From: a virus
Taxonomy: Duplodnaviria; Heunggongvirae; Uroviricota; Caudoviricetes
Length of the DNA stretch: 64,000 nt
Virus record (IMG/VR): IMGVR_UViG_3300048574_000421
Direction: 5' to 3' (one strand)
Shown here: piece by piece, positions 59,197-64,000 of the stretch
Layout of the letters: every line of letters starts with the position of its first letter
Numbering within the stretch: position 1 is the first letter of the stretch
The notes under the pieces: model-generated
Told to the model about the DNA's origin: nothing
Databases searched by the model: none
What the model saw: only the letters and a program-made list of their open reading frames with translations
Made by a program: the position numbers and the translations under genes

Positions 59197-60186
59197 TTAA
59201 CTATGTTGTGCAACAATTTCAAAAACCATATCTTCAGTTGTTTTATATTTTGACATAGCAACTTTGACAAGTACTTTTATCATACTTGCTGTATAGAGTT
59301 CTTTAAGCTTAGGACTTTCTCTTAATTTCTCTCTACCAATTGCAATCCAATGTCGAACCATACGTTCAGTAAACGAAGGATCGACTTCTTTTTGTAGTTT
59401 TTCTGCAAGTTGATTGCTTGTCAACATATCAGCATTAGGATCGTCAGGATGATAATACATCATTAAAACTTTTTGTTCTCTTTCAGGAAGTTTTTTAATT
59501 TCATTCATAAAAACTTGCATAATCTGTTTATTTCTTAAAACTTCATCTGGCAAAGGTTCATTGCTCTTAAGAGTGTCCATAAGAGTTATTGCATCACCAC
59601 CTTTGTCGTCGCCACCAATTTCCTCAGACATACTTTTTATTGTGTCAGAACCAAATAGCTTAAGAACTTCTAAAACTTTATCGACAGGCATCCTGATAAT
59701 TTTAGCAAACTCTTCTAAATCTGCTTTATTTTCATTTCCTTCGTCATCAACATTGTTAAATTCTGGCATTCTCTTGTTTTTTTCATAAAATGCTCGAAGA
59801 GCATTCTTAAATCTAATCTTGTACTTGTTGATATCAGAAACAATTTCGCCTTTTCCCAAAAGATTTCTAATAGAATGTTTATTAACTTTTGTGTTAAAAG
59901 CTTTAGCTATATAGCCTACAATTTCGCCTGCAGACTTTGGTGTGAGATCCATGAGAATTTCAAGAAAACTTGTTTCAATGTGGTGTCTTATTTCGTTTCT
60001 CTCTTTAGTATTTGAAGCAAGTTCAGAAACAGACTTCATCTTTTTACCAATAAGACCACCAAAAGTCTCTCTTAAGTCTTCAAACGCTGTGTTTTTCTCT
60101 CTCCTTGAACTTTTAGAATCCTGCAAAATTTTCACTGCATTTACAAGATCTTCATTTTCGAGTTTTTTTGATTTTAACCAGAACAT
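59197..60186 (-). CDS. Phage sigma factor (sigma70 family, FliA/SigB-like regions 2-3-4)
   Basis: Region 3: R.P..EEFAKII.MPVDKV..SMSEEIG..TLMDTL; region 4: LPEREQKVLMMYY..LT..QLAEKL..TERMVR....GREKLR. Confidence 0.8.
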   Translation of the reverse strand: MFWLKSKKLENEDLVNAVKILQDSKSSRREKNTAFEDLRETFGGLIGKKMKSVSELASNTKERNEIRHHIETSFLEILMDLTPKSAGEIVGYIAKAFNTKVNKHSIRNLLGKGEIVSDINKYKIRFKNALRAFYEKNKRMPEFNNVDDEGNENKADLEEFAKIIRMPVDKVLEVLKLFGSDTIKSMSEEIGGDDKGGDAITLMDTLKSNEPLPDEVLRNKQIMQVFMNEIKKLPEREQKVLMMYYHPDDPNADMLTSNQLAEKLQKEVDPSFTERMVRHWIAIGREKLRESPKLKELYTASMIKVLVKVAMSKYKTTEDMVFEIVAQHS

Positions 60187-60187
60187 C

Positions 60188-60442
60188 TTATGCTCCTTCT
60201 GTTTGTTTTGCTTTTCGTTTTTCTTTTCGTTTCTCTAAAATCCCTCTGCGCTTATCAGCATCTTCGCCAACTACACAATCAAGTAACCTATGTTCACTTC
60301 CTTTAACAACCCCTGAAAACATCGACATAAGTTTTTCAACTTCACCTTTACACTCAGGACATTCAGGAATTGGTGAACTTACATGCAAATAATCTTCAAA
60401 TTTATGTTTGCATTTTTTACACAAAAACTCATAAATAGGCAT
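60188..60442 (-). CDS. FmdB-family (CxxC_CxxC_SSSS) zinc-ribbon protein
   Basis: MPIYEFLCKKC.HKFE......CPECKGEVEKLMS. Confidence 0.85.
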   Translation of the reverse strand: MPIYEFLCKKCKHKFEDYLHVSSPIPECPECKGEVEKLMSMFSGVVKGSEHRLLDCVVGEDADKRRGILEKRKEKRKAKQTEGA

Positions 60443-60474
60443 AGACTACTCACTTTTTTAATTTCATTTAATTT

Positions 60475-60645
60475 TTAAACGTATACGCGTATCTTTTGAC
60501 GCTCTTTGTAACGTTTTTTAATACATTCAACACAAATGACTTCACCATACATCGTTTCAATTATTTCTCTTGACTTTTTATCTATAATCTCTACTTTAAT
60601 ACGTGCATAATCTTCTTTTTCTAGATTGCAATTCGAGCAATGCAT
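60475..60645 (-). CDS. Small Zn-finger protein (56 aa, below the ORF-track cutoff)
   Basis: Manually translated MHCSNC...ICVECIKK... Confidence 0.55.
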   Translation of the reverse strand: MHCSNCNLEKEDYARIKVEIIDKKSREIIETMYGEVICVECIKKRYKERQKIRVYV

Positions 60646-60662
60646 CGTTTAATCCCTGTTAA

Positions 60663-60932
60663 TTATTTTATGTCAGACATTTTTGTCGTGCCTTCTCCAG
60701 ATCTTTCTCTATCAATCATTTTCGTCTTCATTCTTGCATTCTTTTTAAGCATTTGATCTTTCAATTTGAAACTCTGACTTGGACCATCACATATAAAGTT
60801 TGTTGTTGGTGTAAAAATTTTCTCACAAGTTCCTTTGCAAACTTCACAACTTACTTCTGGTGTAGATGCCATTGAATGAAATGCTTCCTGAATGTTCATA
60901 CAAGATTTGCACTGGTATTCATACGTCGGCAT
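60663..60932 (-). CDS. FmdB-family zinc-ribbon protein
   Basis: MPTYEYQCKSC...E.FHSM.....CEVCKG..EKIF. Confidence 0.85.
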   Translation of the reverse strand: MPTYEYQCKSCMNIQEAFHSMASTPEVSCEVCKGTCEKIFTPTTNFICDGPSQSFKLKDQMLKKNARMKTKMIDRERSGEGTTKMSDIK

Positions 60933-61060
60933 ATATTAATCCCCTTTAATTTTAATTTAATTTGTTTGTACTACTAAATTATATCTTGTTTTCAAGACTC
61001 TTGTTCTTTAAGTTGCAAGAAAACACAATATAGTCTCATAGCTTATTAGAAGAAGCGAGT

Positions 61061-61075
61061 ATAAAAACTATAGAA
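61061..61075 (-). promoter_or_regulatory. TTCTA-N4-TTTTAT motif copy 8 (upstream of the FmdB-sigma-terminase operon)
   Basis: + strand ATAAAAACTATAGAA. Confidence 0.7.
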
Positions 61076-61149
61076 ATGAGAAATAATCTAATCTAAAGAT
61101 GAGTTTGTAGAAGCATTGTTTTGAAGTTAAAATCCAAATGTTTCTTGAA

Positions 61150-61401
61150 TTATTTGAGTGTTAAATATTTGTCGATTAGTTTATGAATTTTGCTGTTGAA
61201 AGTGAAGCCAAGTTGATGAAAGAAGAAATGTAAAAATTCGTGAAATAGAATAAATAAGTTTTGATCATTTCTTATATAGATAGTATTAGATGCAGGATGA
61301 TAAGCAGCTCTGTCGCTTTCGACTATCCATTGTGGTAGTTCTTTGCAAGTGACAATTTTGGGTAGTTTTATAAGTTTTAAAATATTTTTTCTTGATAACA
61401 T
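61150..61401 (-). CDS. Small HEXXH metallopeptidase-like protein
   Basis: AAYHPASNTIYI....ILFHEFLH. Confidence 0.6.
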   Translation of the reverse strand: MLSRKNILKLIKLPKIVTCKELPQWIVESDRAAYHPASNTIYIRNDQNLFILFHEFLHFFFHQLGFTFNSKIHKLIDKYLTLK

Positions 61402-62318
61402 AAAACAGACTTTAAAAAAGTGACAACAAATTGTGAAATTCCAGGCGATGTTTGCTCACTATTACCTGCAATATTTAATGTTTTTATAGTATTACATTTT
61501 AACCAACTAACAAATTGTTTTTGTTGAAGCTCTAAATTTTTATTTATATCAACATCAAAATAAGGTTTATCATATTGTGTAATTGCTTTTAAAGTACATT
61601 TTTCGCCAGAAGAATCAAAGTTTGTAGCAAATCTAACTGTCCCATCAGACTCTTTTACGTTTTGAAAAGTTCTTGGTGGATAATAATATGAAGAATGCTC
61701 TTGCATTCCATACAAACTTTTAAACTCGTGTTTTCTTCCTTCTTGTGTTCTAAAACTTGCTGGCATCCAACCTCCTGTTTGTAATCCAAGAGATTTTGCT
61801 GCAATTAATCCAGCTTCATTAGCTCCTGTTTGTCCACCTGATATAATTTTCTCTACTTGAATTTTGTACCAGTCAATTGTACTTGGAATACTTTTTGTTT
61901 CTCTTGCATAATCTAATTTTACAATTAAATCAGGTCTATGAATTTTGACCATTTTGCCGATAAGTGTCGTATGACAAAAAAAATTCCCATCACGTTCAAT
62001 TTGCTCTTTTGATGAAGAACTACTTGGGCACCAACAACAAAGTATGTATTGTTGATTTTTGTCTAAACTCTCAAGCCAAGCTTCTATAGTGTCCCAACGA
62101 TCTGAATAACTTTCTCTTAAAACATTTATGTATTCATCGACAGAACTGTTACAATTTCCAAGTCTAATTCGAATTCCATTTATGTCTAAAGGAAATAAAA
62201 AATCTAGTTCTTTATATTTGCACCATTCAGGCTTCCAGCAAGCAACACTAAACTTATTGTCTAGTTCGTATTTTTTTGCTTCAAAAAACGATGTAAGTAA
62301 AATATTGAATTCTAACAT
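61377..62318 (-). CDS. Fusion of a DUF488-like N-domain and a circularly permuted YpsA/SLOG ('MoCo carrier') domain
   Basis: KIISGGQTGANEAGL.AA..LG..TGGWMP..RT..NV..SDGT..F...TLNIAGN; N-terminal half SVA.WKP..LCCWC..FCH. Confidence 0.7.
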   Translation of the reverse strand: MLEFNILLTSFFEAKKYELDNKFSVACWKPEWCKYKELDFLFPLDINGIRIRLGNCNSSVDEYINVLRESYSDRWDTIEAWLESLDKNQQYILCCWCPSSSSSKEQIERDGNFFCHTTLIGKMVKIHRPDLIVKLDYARETKSIPSTIDWYKIQVEKIISGGQTGANEAGLIAAKSLGLQTGGWMPASFRTQEGRKHEFKSLYGMQEHSSYYYPPRTFQNVKESDGTVRFATNFDSSGEKCTLKAITQYDKPYFDVDINKNLELQQKQFVSWLKCNTIKTLNIAGNSEQTSPGISQFVVTFLKSVLCYQEKIF

Positions 62319-62334
62319 AGAACTTTATATACAA

Positions 62335-62369
62335 AAAGAGCTGACAAGAAATTTATTTGTCAGCTCTTT
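62335..62369. terminator. 13-bp inverted repeat, terminator
   Basis: AAAGAGCTGACAA-N9-TTGTCAGCTCTTT. Confidence 0.7.
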
Positions 62370-62372
62370 GTT

Positions 62373-62792
62373 TTAATTTATATGTTTATGAATCTGAATT
62401 ACACGCTCTTGACCTAATGCTTTTTCTTTTGTGGGATGTCTACCCAATAATCTATCTTCATCATGTGTATATAAACACCATTGTTGCTCAGAATCAGGTC
62501 TTTCATCTTTATCTTTTTTAGGACATCTTTTAATTATTGCTATTTTGCTAGAACTATCTATAGCATCACTATTCGTATTCAATCTAGAAACCAATTGACT
62601 TATAAAGGATGTCAAATCTAGATAACTCGCGTTTTCTCTAAGTTTGAACTGTTTGATTAGTTCCTTAGACAGTTTTTTCTTTTTATAAAGAATTTCAGCA
62701 TTTTGCTCTAACATGTCTTTGCCATTTTGAGCGTAATCGCGTCTTTCTTTTAAAGGTTCTAAGATTTGTGCAATAATTTTCTCTGTATTCAT
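62373..62792 (-). CDS. Hypothetical protein, candidate internal virion protein
   Basis: C-terminal WCLY....LLGRHPTKEKA..QE..IQ.HK domain following a KIA motif. Confidence 0.6.
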   Translation of the reverse strand: MNTEKIIAQILEPLKERRDYAQNGKDMLEQNAEILYKKKKLSKELIKQFKLRENASYLDLTSFISQLVSRLNTNSDAIDSSSKIAIIKRCPKKDKDERPDSEQQWCLYTHDEDRLLGRHPTKEKALGQERVIQIHKHIN

Positions 62793-63121
62793 CTTAAAAC
62801 TTCAAACCTGAAATGTTTTTTTAAAATCTCGTTTTTTAAATTATTTTCAAACTGTGTTGCTGTTGTTTTTAAACTTGGATTAATTCCAATTGTGAAAGTT
62901 ATTATAGGCGGTTTAGCAGCAAAATTTGCAGGTAGTTTTTCTTCAATTGAAGCAAACCCTTTTGTTTGACGGATAGTTTCAAGCAAAATTTTTAAACTTT
63001 CAGCAGTCAAACCTAAGCTTATTGACGTGCTAATCTCTTTAGTATTTTGACCAGGATCAGTTGGTAAAATAGCTTCTTTTAAAATTTCATTTGCTATTTT
63101 CTTGACTTGCTTCTGTTTCAT
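62789..63121 (-). CDS. Hypothetical protein, candidate internal virion protein
   Basis: N-terminal VKKIANEILKEA. Confidence 0.6.
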   Translation of the reverse strand: MKQKQVKKIANEILKEAILPTDPGQNTKEISTSISLGLTAESLKILLETIRQTKGFASIEEKLPANFAAKPPIITFTIGINPSLKTTATQFENNLKNEILKKHFRFEVLR

Positions 63122-63368
63122 TAACTTCTTCTACTTCTTCTTCTATTTGTTGATTATTTGATACTCTTTTTTTTATAGCAGCATGACCCAAACCTAAAGC
63201 TGAAAGCAAAAATCCAAAAATTGTTACAGCTTTATAAAAATTTAACGCAAAGCCCTCAGGAAATCCATTAGGCCAAATAACCAACATACTTGGAACAAGA
63301 ACAGACCAATAGAGAAGCGCAATTGTTCTTTTTTTGCCATTAAGAGTTTGCCAAAAACTTTTTAGCAT
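63087..63368 (-). CDS. Two-TM membrane protein, holin-like
   Basis: LNGKKRTIAL followed by two hydrophobic helices and a charged C-terminal tail. Confidence 0.55.
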   Translation of the reverse strand: MLKSFWQTLNGKKRTIALLYWSVLVPSMLVIWPNGFPEGFALNFYKAVTIFGFLLSALGLGHAAIKKRVSNNQQIEEEVEEVNETEASQENSK

Positions 63369-63386
63369 AAGTACCCCCTCCAGATC

Positions 63387-63644
63387 TTATCGACTTTTGT
63401 ATTTCCAAACTGAGTAATTATACTCAGTCTTCATGGTTGTAGGAAATAATTTAAAAATTTCTTTGATTTTATCTGCTGATAAACCAGCTTCTTGTGCATA
63501 AAAAAGCGTGTCATGAAGTCTAGAAAGTTGTTGTTCTGTGTGATCTTCAGGAGGACTTTGATCTGTTGTGCCCATGGGTTTATCTGGCACACCTTCTTTA
63601 ATACTTGTTTTTAAAATTTTATCAGCAACTGCTTGCACATTCAT
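63387..63644 (-). CDS. Hypothetical protein
   Basis: N-terminal VQAVADKILKTS. Confidence 0.6.
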   Translation of the reverse strand: MNVQAVADKILKTSIKEGVPDKPMGTTDQSPPEDHTEQQLSRLHDTLFYAQEAGLSADKIKEIFKLFPTTMKTEYNYSVWKYKSR

Positions 63645-64000
63645 TATGATTCCTCCGTTGTTTCACCATCAAACTCTTCATCATCTTCTAAAGCATCTTT
63701 TTTTGTTTTATGAATTGTCTTATCTTTATGATGAGGTGGTGAATATATACTATACATTTTTAAATCTTCTTTACCAGTATTTACTATGTTGTGTGTTGCA
63801 CCTGCAGGAACTACTACAGCTGATCCATTTTTTAAAGCATAAGAAGCACCATTAATTATTGCTTTACCTGAACCAGAATCAACTCTAAAAAATTGATCAA
63901 CATCATGTACTTCTTCGCCAATATCTTCACCAGATTTTAACGACATCAAAACAAGTTGACAATTTTCAGCTGTATAAAGGACTTTTCTAAAATTCGTATT
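63644..64000 (-). CDS. Cupin-2 (mannose-6-phosphate isomerase-like) protein, 5' part beyond the window
   Basis: NTNFRKVLYT..QLVLMSL..GEDIGEEVH..DQFF....G.G...VPAG..HN..NTG...LK.YSIYSPPHH. Confidence 0.85.
   Translation of the reverse strand, partial: NTNFRKVLYTAENCQLVLMSLKSGEDIGEEVHDVDQFFRVDSGSGKAIINGASYALKNGSAVVVPAGATHNIVNTGKEDLKMYSIYSPPHHKDKTIHKTKKDALEDDEEFDGETTEES

Overview
A 64 kb, AT-rich segment of a large tailed-phage (Caudoviricetes) genome, read in standard genetic code 11. The minus strand carries a complete head module: a FliA/SigB-like sigma factor, terminase large subunit, portal, prohead protease, scaffold, two paralogous decoration proteins and an HK97-fold major capsid protein that by recall resembles the Bxz1/Myrna type. 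Virion accessory genes follow, including a 4446-aa fibre made of nine 7-bladed beta-propellers plus collagen. An oppositely oriented block (7051-25192) holds two more collagen-like fibres, further virion proteins and a glycosyltransferase/methyltransferase cluster. Three free-standing homing-type endonucleases are present. I saw no tRNA, rRNA, CRISPR array or RT. Main observations: (1) a stand-alone paralog of the major-capsid A-domain at 21070-21420; (2) a probable system for glycosylating the Pro-poor, Thr/Gln-alternating collagen fibres; (3) that glycosyltransferase appears to be one multidomain protein split into four genes by inserted ORFs, with one break inside a methyltransferase fold; (4) a shared N-terminal 'KIANEIL' helix on eight otherwise mostly unrelated small proteins, a candidate capsid-targeting signal; (5) a conserved TTCTA-N4-TTTTAT intergenic motif in eight copies, a candidate late promoter. 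All family assignments come from motif recognition by eye, not from database searches.
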